This document shows, piece by piece, positions 19,180 through 29,649 of a DNA stretch of 64,000 bases. Location of the stretch: contig RQSC01000029.1 of the NCBI GenBank assembly GCA_013416795.1, forward strand, positions 687,067 through 751,066, given 5' to 3'. A program made the position numbers and the translations under genes. The notes under the pieces were generated by a model. That model had not been told where the DNA came from and did no database searches. It saw only the letters and a list, made by a program, of their open reading frames with translations. Positions within the stretch are counted from its first letter, which is position 1. The number at the start of each line of letters is the position of its first letter. This stretch comes from Prasinococcaceae sp. CCMP 1430 (Eukaryota > Plantae > Prasinodermophyta).

Positions 19180-22100
19180 TCACCACCTGGCGAGTTCTGC
19201 GTGTTTCTCGTCGAGCTCCTTCTGCACCTTCTTGCGCCGGTAGAAAATAGCGCAATCCCTGTTGCTGCACAGCACATCCTGGTGAAGCGTACCCGAACAG
19301 CTCTGACATTGCGTCCACAGGCGAGAGAATTGCTCTTCGAGGTCGTTAGCGGCGCTCAGGCTCTTGTAGTAGATCTCCCCCGCGCGCGGCGAGCAGTTGG
19401 GACAGAGCGCGCCCTTGGCCGCAGCGCCCGACAGCGGCGCCTTGCAGCCGAGGCATTTGGCCTGCACCTTGGCGAACCGCATGATCCCACCGCCGGACAT
19501 GCTCGGCGTCGAGATGGTGATGGCGCGCGTGTGATCGCCGGTGAGCAAGCTCTGCGCGTTTTTGAGACAAGGGTCGAAGATGCGAAGGAGGGGCGCCTTG
19601 AGCATTTCCAGGTAGTGCCGCGTATCGAGCGGCAGGTTGTGCTCGAGCGCATAGATGGGGTCCTCGGCTTTCTCGTACGCCTTGGCGCCCTTGGCGCCCT
19701 TGACAATCACGTACGCCACGCGATCGCCGGTGGCGGGCGCGGTGGCGGGATCACGCTTGCGCATTCGCTTGGCGAGCTCGACATGCGGCGCTTTGGCGTC
19801 GTACGCCTCAACGTCCTGCGAGAGGGCCTTGGAGATCACCAGCATAGACATGTCAAGTCGGTTCTGAAGCAGGTCCCGGATGCGCTCCTTGACGTATTCG
19901 GCGGCACCATTGACGTCGCGGTCCATGAGAATCTTGTTGAGCGCGTGCGTGAGCACGTCGCGCACCAGAGCACAGTTGTCACGGCGCTGCGTCTCAATGC
20001 CCGTGGTATCCATCTTGTCCCACTTGACGGGGTTGGTCCAGTACATGCCCGCGTAGCGCTTCTTGCTCAGCAGCAGGAAAGGAAAGTACACTTTCTCGAA
20101 CTCGAGCTTGATGGGCTTGGGGAAGGTCTCCGTCACTAGCGCCGCGGCCTCCTCGCCGAGGCGCATCGCCTCCTTCACCATGCCCGTGCCGTCCTTGTCG
20201 TCGGGGTCCTGGGTGAGATTGAAGTTGACGAAGACCGAGTCGGTGTCACCGTACACCACGTCGGCGTCCGCCGCATAGCCGTTCGCCACCGTGTAGCGCT
20301 TCTTGACCTCGGCCATGGTCTGCTCGATCATCTGCCGGCCGTACGCTGTAGTGGAAGAGGAGATGGCCAGGCACGGCAGCTTGCCCACGGTCGCGCCGGT
20401 GAATCCGTACACAGAATTCGCACTCACCTTCAACGCCAGCTGGCGACCGTTGAGCACGGCCTTCGCAAGCGGGTCGGTCGCTTTCTTCATGTCAGCCTTC
20501 GCCCGCTTGCGCGCGCCCAGGAGCTCCTGCAAGATCTCGGGCAGCAGACCTTTGCGCACGCTCTCCTTGACGAAGTAGTCCCCGTTAGGCGTCTTCTCGA
20601 TCTGCTCTGGCGCGAAGCTGCTCGCCATCTGCGGGGGGACGAGAGTGGTGTAGCACAGGTTGTGCGCCATCATGATCGAGGGGTAAAGCGAGGCAAAATC
20701 GAGCGTGGCGATGGGCTTCTCGTAGTAGCCTGCCTTGGCCTCGAGCACGGTGGCACCCTCGTACGTGGCGTCGTTCTGTGTGCGCTGCACGACAGGCACC
20801 ACAAGATCCTGCTGGCGGCACTTGCGCAGGATCTGACTCAGCACCTTGATCGACTGGCCCTTCGAGAGCAGGAAGGAGATGGGCACACCGGTCACGCGCG
20901 CCATCTCGGTGTAGTTGTACATGTACATGAGCGAGTCCAGCAGGCGCTGCGGCAGCAGGGCGTCCTTGAGACAGTATACGGCCAGGCGGCGACGCGTCTC
21001 GGCATTGCCCTGCTGCAGGTCGGAGATGATCGAGTGGTGTACGTCTTCCTTTTGCTCCCCCAGGAAATGCGCTGACACGTTGTTCAGGCTGTAAGACGAC
21101 AGCTTGTAGTCGCGGCGCACGGCCTGCAGCAGGTCGAATTGCACGCGCCCCTCGAGCGTGATCTCTTTGGTCTCGCGCGTGCCGTACGCCTTGGAACTGA
21201 AGGTTGTATTGCGCATCTTGATCATCGAGCCGCGAATGCGGCCGAAAACCGGGAAGTCGGTCAGGCGCAGCGTCTCCGCGCGGTCGAGCAGATACGGAAG
21301 GTCGAAGTCAACGATATTGTAGCCGATGATCATGTCGGGGTCGGTGGCGATGATGAAGTCGCGCCACGCGCGCAACAATTGGCGCTCGTCTGCGAAAGGC
21401 ATGACCTCCGCGCCCACGATGGCGCTGCAGGTACCCAGCGTCATGACGTTCTTCACGGCGGGCGAGCTCTCGCCTTGCACAGTGAGCACGCTGGCGATCT
21501 GGATCACGGGGTCGAGCTTGGCGTCGGGGAAGTGCCCCTTGCGACCCATGCACTCTATGTCCACGCTGACAATACGCAGCGGCGCGATCACCGAGTGCGG
21601 CCCCTCCGCGGGGTGGCTGATGATGTCCTTGTAGTGCACGTCGAACTCGATCTGGCAGCTCGAGGCGGGCTTGGGATGACCGCCGTCGGTTCGCAGCTTG
21701 TACTTACCCTGCTTGGCCTCGACCCAGTTGCCACCCACGATGTCGGTGTCGATCATGTAGCGCAACACGAAGAGCACATTGGATTCGAAGGTGGGGAAGG
21801 AGATGCTCCCGTCGGTGGGCGTGGGCATGCCCTTCTCCAGCGCGCTGCGCGCGGCAGTCACCAGCGTGGGCAGCGCCATGGTGATTTTGATGAATGTGCG
21901 CGACTTCTCCGACTGATAGTTCCACACAGTCTGCTTCTGCACGAGCTCCACGCGCGTCACGAGCGGGCCCTGCACGTCACGCGCCTTGGCGCCTGCGTTC
22001 TCCGCCGTGCCGCGATTCAGCACGGACTTGAAGCCCGGGAGGTCGTCCGGGCCGAACCCCGGAGGCGCCGGCGCGTAAAAGTACGGCTCGAAGCCGTGCA

Positions 22101-22463
22101 CAAAGCAGCACACCGAGTTGCCCTCGGGCGTGACGCCGAACATGCGCAGCTGCGCGGCCTTGCCCACCTGCGAGCTGAAGCGCGTGTCCACCTTGTCGAT
22201 CACGTAGTCGATGTCGACCTGTTGAAAGAGCAGCGACCGCGCGCCAGGGTTGACGCCCCCGGCCGGCAGCGCCGGCCGTAGCCACTTCTCCTGCACGGCG
22301 GTGTCCGTCGCCGCCACGAGCTCGATGTCATCGGGTATCATCTCCTGCATCGCGCCGTCGGCGTCCTCGAGGTCCTCGTCCCACTCGGGCGGCTCGTCGT
22401 CCTCGCCGACGTACGGGCGCTTCGGCGCGCCGCCGCCGGGCGCGGGATCCGTTTTCGGGGGCG
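19180..22463 (-). CDS. POLD1: DNA polymerase delta catalytic subunit, intronless; start codon probably hidden at the N at 22464
   Basis: LDFASLYPSIMMAHNLCY, ALKVSANSVYGFTG, YGDTDS, and C-terminal CysA/CysB motifs (CLGCKAPL...CPNC; CQSC...CSNRDC). Confidence 0.97.
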
Positions 22464-22558
22464 NGCGCGCGCCCCCGCCCGCCGCGTTTCGAACGCAGTT
22501 CGAAACGCGCACAGCGGCGAGAATAATGCGAATATGCGGACGCCGCCGAGTGTCGCGC

Positions 22559-22566
22559 GCGCGAAA
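22559..22566 (-). promoter_or_regulatory. E2F-type site TTTCGCGC upstream of POLD1
   Basis: Exact TTTSSCGC consensus about 100 nt upstream of the POLD1 start. The octamer also occurs elsewhere in this CG-rich DNA (3749, 25882, 25987, 58232). Confidence 0.45.
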
Positions 22567-22721
22567 TCGCCAACCTCAAACGAACAAACAACGCGCTCGC
22601 GGAGGTGGCGCGGCCCGGCGGCGCGCGCGGGGGGTCCGGCGCGCGCGCGAGCGCGGGGGTGCGTCGTTGCGAGCATTACCGGCGGCGAGGCAGCGGCGCG
22701 CGTGCACCGCCGGGAGCGTCC

Positions 22722-25700
22722 TCATCTCCTGCTCTTCTTCGAGACGATCGCAGGACCGCCAGTCTTGCGCTTCCTGCCGCCGCCGCCATCGTCGAGGCCG
22801 CGCTCGCGATCTTCCTTGCGCGCTTGCTCCTCGAGCTCGTCCCAGTCCTCGCCCTCCTCGTAGTCATCATCGAAATCGCTCTCGTCCTCCTCGTCCTCGT
22901 CGAAATCGCTCTCGTCCCCCTCCTCGCTCTCGGGTTCGCTTTCTTCGGGCTCGTAGCCCTCGCTCTCCTCCTCCTCGTCCTCCTCGTCGCTCGATCCCGC
23001 CTCCATGTCGAGGAAGTTCCATCCGCCTTCCTCGATGAACTTCTGCGGGTCGTCCACAATGGTCTTGAGGATGGGCTTCCATGCGAGGTTCATCTTCGAC
23101 TCGTAGTACTTGATGCCCATGCCGTTGAGCCACTCCTTGATGGACTCGAGCGACGTCGTCGGGATGGCGTCGACGCGGTGCACGTCCTTGGAAAAGTCCT
23201 TGAAGACGATGGTCATGTCGAAGTTCTTGAGGCCGAAGCCCACGCGCTCCAGGTTGACGATCTCCACCTCGTCGAGCGTCAACACGAAGAACGGCTGCTC
23301 GACCAGGCTGATGAGGCACCCCACCGATGGCATGACGGTGACGCTCTCCTTGTACGGCACGCCCTGGAACGCCAACTCCTTGTACGGAATGTCGAACTCA
23401 AGCTCGAGATTCTTCCTCGTGCGCTCCCACAGCTCCTGCACACGGCGCGTGAACTCCTGGAACTCCTTGTTGGCGCGATTGCGCTTCTGCCGGTCGCGCT
23501 GCTCTTCGTCGATCTCATCGGGGTCGTACGCGTTGGTGCGGCGGCCGTCGAGCGCCTGGGACATGTCCACGACCTCGCGGTAGAATTGCACGTCCTCCGT
23601 CTTCTTCTTGTTGATGATGATGGGGTTGTGAAGACGGAAGTGCAGAATGACCACGGCCTCCTTTTCGGCTGCCTGGAAGAAGGCGTGCTTGATGTTCGAG
23701 TAGATCACGTCGCACACCTCGCCCTTGGGATTGCGGTAGCGGAAACCGTTGCTGTGGGCCTCCAGCGTGCCGGACGACCGCCGTCCACGCCCGCCGAAGG
23801 TGGGCTTGATGTAGAGGTCCGGCAGGCGGAAGAGGCGGCCGGTGCTCACCTTGAGTGTCTCCTGCGTCACGAGGTTCTCGCGCTCCGTCTTCTCCTTCTC
23901 CCGGTCGAGCACCTGCTTGCGCAGCGTCTTCACGTGCTGCATGAGCTGGTTGGCGTGGCGCGCGTCCGTCGAGCGGAAGGTGGCTTCGCGAAGGAAGGTC
24001 AGGTTGGGGTACTTCTGCGCGGGCAGGTACTGCGTGCCGAAGGCACTGCCAGGCACGTTGAACTGAAGGTGGATATACGCGCCCTGGCCCTCGGTGTGCA
24101 CCGTCACGTTCTTCACCGTCGTGATGTGAAACGGCACAAGCAGGCCGCGGATGGGCAACAGCACGGCCGCGTTACGCGCGTCCACCTGCAGCTCGAGCTC
24201 CGACTTGCAGGGAATGTCTGCCACGCGCCTGTAGGCGACCTTGTCGGCCTTGCTGAGCTTCCTCTCCTCCTCCTTGCCCTTTGCGGCGTTGGCCTTGTTC
24301 AGCCGGTTGAATGTCTCCTGGTTTTTCGCGTCGAGGAGCGCCTGCTGCGACTCGAGGCGTTGGCGCTCACCCGGTGCCTCGCTGCGCAGCTGCGTGTCCT
24401 TGATCACGCTCGGACCCTGCGGGGCGGCAGCCTGACGGGCGGGCGCGGCCTCCTCCTCGCTGAGTTCGTACGCCACGTCCTTCCACTCCTTGCCCGCGCG
24501 CGACGTGATGACCTCGGGCTCGTTGCCCTCCTCCGTCTTCCTCGCCACCACCGAGTCGCCAATGACGAGGGCGTAGGTGCGCGCGCTGGGATCCTGCGCG
24601 GTCGGGTTGGACAGGTCCGAGAGGCTCACAGTCACATTGAAGACCATGCCCTCCTTGATCTCGCGCTCGTTCTTGGCGTTGAGCGCGAGCGTTCCGTCGC
24701 GGAAGTCGAGGCCGAGGCCGAAGCCAGCGTTCTTGGACATCTTGGGAACCAGCTCCGGGTCGGCCTCGGCAAGTGCGGCCGACGCGGCAGCGTACACGTC
24801 CGACGCCTTGGCGCCGGGCCTCACCGCCTTGATCGCGGCCGTCTGCGCCTTCAGCAGCGCCTTGTACGCGCGCTCCTGGGGCTTCGACGGGTCCACCATG
24901 TACGTGCGCGCGAGGTTGGTGCAGTACATCGAGTAACGCGTGCCGAGCATCGTCACGATGACGCCAGAGTTCAGAGGCGTCTCATCCGAGATGCTCGAGT
25001 ACTTGAACGAGTACTTTCCACCGGACTGGAAAATGGGCGGGTACGCGATCTCGCACTTGTCCTCGCGCAGCTTGAGCTTTATCTTGGACGGCGTCAGAAT
25101 GGTCTGCTCGGTCATGTCCGAGAGAGCCGAGTGTTTAACCTCCTTGCCGCTGTCCATGACGGTCTCGAGCTCCGGCACCACGAAGTCCTTCAGCACGGTG
25201 GCGGCCAGGTGCGCGGACTTCTTGCAGTTGAGGATCTCGGCCGCGTCCTTGACGGCGAGTAGGCCCGCGATCCCCTCAGCCGCGTCGGCGGTCGCACTGC
25301 CAGCCTCCTTGAGCGCGGCGGCCCACGCGCCCGCAGGGGCGCCCTCGGGTGCCTCCTTGGCGATGACGGCGACGGTGGTGTCGCCGCCGATGCCCAGCGC
25401 CGCCACGGCCGCCTTGATCTGCTCGGCGCCGTCGTCTGCCTTGGCGCGCACGTGCGATACGATGTTCGCGCACGCGGCACTGCCCTCCTCCGTCGCCCGG
25501 AGCGCGTCGAACATGCCGGCTTTCTTGGAGGTGGCGACGACGTGCAGCGCATCCTTGGTGAAGAGGAACACCGTGTCGGTGAACTCGAACCCGAAGAGCC
25601 AGATCTGCAGCGCGGCGGACTTGAGGTACGTGAGCTCGTCGGCAGACTTGCCCGTCGCAACGGCGAGCACGCCTGCACCTCCGCCGAGCGCGCCGCTGCC

Positions 25701-25763
25701 GATCGCATCCGCGAGCTGCCCCCAGCGGCGCGCGAAGGCTTTCTCATCGATCGCGATGGACAT
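22722..25763 (-). CDS. SPT16: FACT complex subunit SPT16, intronless
   Basis: YLKSAALQIWLFGFEFTDT, PPIFQSGG, LVPFHITTVKNV, GTLEAHSNGFRY, GGWNFL, acidic C-terminal tail. Confidence 0.97.
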   Translation of the reverse strand: MSIAIDEKAFARRWGQLADAIGSGALGGGAGVLAVATGKSADELTYLKSAALQIWLFGFEFTDTVFLFTKDALHVVATSKKAGMFDALRATEEGSAACANIVSHVRAKADDGAEQIKAAVAALGIGGDTTVAVIAKEAPEGAPAGAWAAALKEAGSATADAAEGIAGLLAVKDAAEILNCKKSAHLAATVLKDFVVPELETVMDSGKEVKHSALSDMTEQTILTPSKIKLKLREDKCEIAYPPIFQSGGKYSFKYSSISDETPLNSGVIVTMLGTRYSMYCTNLARTYMVDPSKPQERAYKALLKAQTAAIKAVRPGAKASDVYAAASAALAEADPELVPKMSKNAGFGLGLDFRDGTLALNAKNEREIKEGMVFNVTVSLSDLSNPTAQDPSARTYALVIGDSVVARKTEEGNEPEVITSRAGKEWKDVAYELSEEEAAPARQAAAPQGPSVIKDTQLRSEAPGERQRLESQQALLDAKNQETFNRLNKANAAKGKEEERKLSKADKVAYRRVADIPCKSELELQVDARNAAVLLPIRGLLVPFHITTVKNVTVHTEGQGAYIHLQFNVPGSAFGTQYLPAQKYPNLTFLREATFRSTDARHANQLMQHVKTLRKQVLDREKEKTERENLVTQETLKVSTGRLFRLPDLYIKPTFGGRGRRSSGTLEAHSNGFRYRNPKGEVCDVIYSNIKHAFFQAAEKEAVVILHFRLHNPIIINKKKTEDVQFYREVVDMSQALDGRRTNAYDPDEIDEEQRDRQKRNRANKEFQEFTRRVQELWERTRKNLELEFDIPYKELAFQGVPYKESVTVMPSVGCLISLVEQPFFVLTLDEVEIVNLERVGFGLKNFDMTIVFKDFSKDVHRVDAIPTTSLESIKEWLNGMGIKYYESKMNLAWKPILKTIVDDPQKFIEEGGWNFLDMEAGSSDEEDEEEESEGYEPEESEPESEEGDESDFDEDEEDESDFDDDYEEGEDWDELEEQARKEDRERGLDDGGGGRKRKTGGPAIVSKKSRR

Positions 25764-26012
25764 GGCGGCCGCCAACGCCGCGCAACCCCGCCCTGCTCCT
25801 GCCCCCGGGATGCGCCTCCCCTGCCCTCTCCCCCCTCTTCCCGCGGCTGTCGCCCCGCGCCGCGAGGGCGCCGCGCGCCGCGCGCGAAAAGGAAGTGCGC
25901 CGCCGGCTTGCTGCCGCCGCCGCCGCCGCCGCACGCCCTGTGCCGCCGCGCGCCCCGCGCGCGCGCGCGCGAATGCGCGCGAACGCGCGCGAAACACGCC
26001 GCAAAATCACGG

Positions 26013-26025
26013 ACCCTAACCCTAA
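26013..26025 (+). promoter_or_regulatory. Telo-box-like (ACCCTA)2A in the SPT16/SCL divergent promoter
   Basis: accctaaccctaa at 26013-26025. Confidence 0.55.
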
Positions 26026-26280
26026 TGTACCGTACACAGAGGTTTCGGTTTTGGAGGGCCGCCGGCAGCCTTACCCACGGTTTCATCCGCGCGGGGCCTT
26101 TTTTTCTTTTTTTTTTTCTTTTTCTTTTTTCTTTTTCGTTCGCGCGTCGTCGGCGCGCGGCCTCTTTGGCGCTCCGCGCGCGCGCGGGTTCCGCGGTTTC
26201 GCCCCCATCGCGCCGAAGGCTCGTTTCGCGGACGGCGGGCGCGAAAATGCTCGGCGGCTGGGCTGGGCTGCGGCGCGTAG

Positions 26281-27675
26281 GGCGGCGGCGGCGGACCGCC
26301 GCCGCGTGGCGGCGGCGGGGGCGGCCGCGTGTCGCTGCTCGTGCGCAACCTGCCGAACGACGTGCACCCCAACGACGTGCGCCAGGAGTTCGAGCGCTTC
26401 GGCGCCGTTCGCGATGTCTACCTGCCGCGCGACTTCCACACCAAGCGCCCCAAGGGCTTCGGCTTCGTCGAGTTTGTGGAGGAGCCTGATGCCGACGCCG
26501 CGCAGCGTCAAATGGATAGGCAGGTGCGTCGCGCGCAAGTGTTCCAAGTCGCAGCGCGGCGGGCGACGGCCAGGGCGCGCCGCCCCTGCACCCTGTACCG
26601 AAGCTGCGGGGCTGGCGCCTCGCCGGCGCCGCGGAGGCGCTCGATCTGCGGCACCCTAGGCGCGGTGGCGCGGGGAGGGAGCGTCACGGGGTGGAGCGCG
26701 CGTGCTATTTTAGGGCAGGGTCCAAGCGCTCCCAACGCACGTCGCAGGGTGCTCGCGCGCTCCGCTCGTGTGCGCGGTCGCGCGCGGTCGCGCGCGCCGT
26801 GCACCCTCGTCACGCGTTTGCGCTGGACATGCGCGATCGAGTTTTGTGCGAGCGAGCCAAGTGCAAGCGACCAAGCACGAGCGACCAAGCGCGATGAAGC
26901 CCAGCGCGAGTGAGCAATCACTTCTTTCCGCCTGCGCATTCGGCCAAGCGCAAGCAGTCCGAGCGTTCCCGCGCGTCAGGAGACGCACCCGCCCGGACTG
27001 TGAGGCATGCGCTTGCACTGTGCCGTCCTCTGCCATTGCCCCCGCGCGCCACTGCTCGGGGGGGGAGTCAGTATAGCACCGATTGCTGACGCGCTGTGCA
27101 TGTGCGCCCCTCTCTCCCCATCTGTGCGTGCTCCGCAGCACGTGTTCGGCCGCCCGATCCAGGTCGAGTTCGCGCGCCACGGGCGCAAGGACCCCAACCA
27201 GATGCGCGGCGGTGGCGGCGGTGGCCGCTACGGAGGCCCGCCGCCGCGCAGGTGGGAGCCGCCGCGCGGACGCAGCCCGCCGCGTGGCTACGACCGCGGC
27301 GGCTACGACCGCGGCTACGACCGCGGCTACGACCGCGGCTATGACCGCGATCGTGGCTACGGCCGTGGTCGCAGCCCGTCGCCACGTGGCAGGGACTACC
27401 GCCGCCGCGATTCGCGTTCGCGCAGCCGCTCGCCGCGCGACCGTGACTACCGCCGCCGTGACTCGCGCTCGCGCAGCCGCTCGCCGCGTGGGCGCGAGGA
27501 CCGCCGCCGCGACTCACGCAGCCGCTCGCCACGCGACCGTGACTACGGCCGCCGCGACTCGCGCTCGCGCAGCCGCTCCCCGGGCGCCCGTCGCTACAGT
27601 CGCTCCCCGCCTCGCCGGGACTCGCGCAGCCCGCCGCCGCGCGACGCCGCCGAGGCGCCCGCCGACGACAATTAG
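26281..27675 (+). CDS. SR splicing factor, SC35-like (SCL) subfamily; exons ~26281-26523, 27139-27675; start unresolved
   Basis: RRM SLLVRNLP...FERFGAVRDVYLPRDFHTKRPKGFGFVEF; 615-nt intron 26524-27138 (GTGCGT...CCGCAG); RS/RD domain. Confidence 0.9.
27286..27590 (+). repeat. Coding tandem repeats in the RS domain: 12-bp (ggctacgaccgc; GYDR) x~5 and ~51-bp (GRDYRRRDSRSRSRSPR) x4
   Basis: Seen in both DNA and translation. Confidence 0.85.
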
Positions 27676-27903
27676 CCAGCAGCTACTACACAGAGAGACC
27701 GGGATGGGCGATCGCGATTGCCGCCAGGCGATGTCATGAGTTGTCCACGTCGGCGGCGCAAACGCCCAAGATCCCGCTCGCGCGAGGCCGCTCGCACATA
27801 CTTAAAGCACCCACGCGAGGCACTTTTGTCACGCGGAGTCGTGAGCGCAGCTTTACAGAGCATCGGTCGTCTGGGGCGTGTCAGCCGACACGCGTGCTTG
27901 CTC

Positions 27904-28491
27904 TTACGCGGAGCGCGCCGCCTTGAAAGCGTCCACTGCAGACAGCCGCCCCGCGCTGCCGTCGCCGTCGCTAACACCTGCGTCGGCGGCCTGCGCCTGT
28001 GCGAGCTGCGCCTGCGCAAGCTGCTTCAGCTGGCGCTCCTCGCTGTCCTCGAGCACCTCGCCCTCTCGCTCGAGCTCCCAACTGTCCTCGACAAGCGCTT
28101 GCACGCGCACAAACGCCTGCCGCAGCGCGCCGGAGAGCTTGTCCGCCTCATCCAGCAGGGTGTGCTGTAGCAGGCCCATCAGACAGCCAACGAATCTAGT
28201 TTCCTCGAGCATCCCTGCCTCGGCGAGCTGCGGCCCAAGCACACAAATCTCTGCGATGACCTCGTCGACGCGCTCGGCATCATCCAGCGCCATCGCGCGG
28301 GCCGCGCGCGTGCAGAGCTCCCGCAAGGCCAGAGCGTATGCTGGATCCATTTCGGCCCACTCGGCTGCGGCGGCCCTCTCTAGCTCGATGTGCTCCTCGT
28401 ACGCACCGAGCGCACCCTCCTGCTTCGCCCCGCGCTCGTCCAGGGCGTGGCCCTCGCGCTCGCGCCCGCCGGCGCCGGCGCCGGCGCCCCG
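27904..28491 (-). CDS. Uncharacterised helical protein, 5' end in gap
   Basis: Coding-biased frame EWAEMDPAYALALRELC...VLGPQLAEAGMLEETRFVGCLMGLLQH. Confidence 0.6.
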   Translation of the reverse strand, partial: RGAGAGAGGREREGHALDERGAKQEGALGAYEEHIELERAAAAEWAEMDPAYALALRELCTRAARAMALDDAERVDEVIAEICVLGPQLAEAGMLEETRFVGCLMGLLQHTLLDEADKLSGALRQAFVRVQALVEDSWELEREGEVLEDSEERQLKQLAQAQLAQAQAADAGVSDGDGSAGRLSAVDAFKAARSA

Positions 28492-28737
28492 NNNNNNNNN
28501 NNNNNNNNNNNNNNNNNNNNNNNNNNNNNNNNNNNNNNNNNNNNNNNNNNNNNNNNNNNNNNNNNNNNNNNNNNNNNNNNNNNNNNNNNNNNNNNNNNNN
28601 NNNNNNNNNNNNNNNNNNNNNNNNNNNNNNNNNNNNNNNNNNNNNNNNNNNNNNNNNNNNNNNNNNNNNNNNNNNNNNNNNNNNNNNNNNNNNNNNNNNN
28701 NNNNNNNNNNNNNNNNNNNNNNNNNNNNNNNNNNNNN
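28492..28737. other. Assembly gap (N run)
   Basis: 246 N. Confidence 1.
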
Positions 28738-29457
28738 CGGCCGCGCGTCGCGGCGGCGCGCCCGCCGACGCGGACGTTGCAGTGCGGACGAGGGCGCGGT
28801 GGGGGCAGCGGTGGGGGGCAGGGCCGCAGGGGCGGCCGCGCCGCCGCACGACCGGGGTCGGGCAGCGGTGAAGGCGCAGAGGACGACGAGGGTGTCGTTG
28901 ACAGCGGCGCGCGCGACACGCTGCGCGCGCTGGAGCGCCTGTCGCGCGACGCGAGCAAAGGAAGCGACGAAACCTCCGCTGGCCTGCAGGCGAACGAGGC
29001 CGCTGCCGATGTCGTGGAGCTCGAATTTGCCCTTCCCGACGGCGAGCGTGCCCCGCTGCGCCTGCGTACGCCGCCTGTGGGTGGGCAATACGTCTATGCG
29101 CGCGCGCGTTTGCCGCTCGGAGCGACCCTGCATGATGTCGGAAGTGAAATCGTCGTGGAAAGCGTGGAGGCTGACGGGGAGGCCGACAAAGCTGGCGTGC
29201 TCCCGGGCGACGCTCTCGCTGCCATCTCGGTCGCGGTGCCACGTATGACCTACCCTGGCGGCAACTTGCTGCTTGGGGGCGTTGGTCGGCCAGGGATTGC
29301 GTCGGGGTGGTACGTTGTGGCCGATGAATCGGAGGGGTCAGAGGAACAAGAGGGAGATGAGGAGGAAGGGGCCGCTTTCGCCGCGGCGCTGCGCGCTCTT
29401 GGCACCAACGCGAGACGCGCCGACCGTAGCGTCGCGCTCGTGCTCTGCCGAAGATAG
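28738..29457 (+). CDS. PDZ-like domain protein (possibly plastid-targeted), 5' end in or near gap
   Basis: LPLGATL...IVVESVEADGEADKAGVLPGDALAAI resembles a PDZ core. Confidence 0.55.
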   Translation, partial: RPRVAAARPPTRTLQCGRGRGGGSGGGQGRRGGRAAARPGSGSGEGAEDDEGVVDSGARDTLRALERLSRDASKGSDETSAGLQANEAAADVVELEFALPDGERAPLRLRTPPVGGQYVYARARLPLGATLHDVGSEIVVESVEADGEADKAGVLPGDALAAISVAVPRMTYPGGNLLLGGVGRPGIASGWYVVADESEGSEEQEGDEEEGAAFAAALRALGTNARRADRSVALVLCRR

Positions 29458-29649
29458 CGAGGCCGTGCGCTGAGGCATGGGGCCTACTGCGCTGCGGCAG
29501 AGCCTCTTTAGCTACTGGACGGAGCTGCTGAGCCCCGTAGAGTTGATGTGATTATATTGAGTTTGTAGTCTACACTATAGATTTGATGCGAAGCCCACCT
29601 ACGAGCCTGCCTTCAAGTGCGCCTCTGCAACCACCCTTTAGCTCGCACG

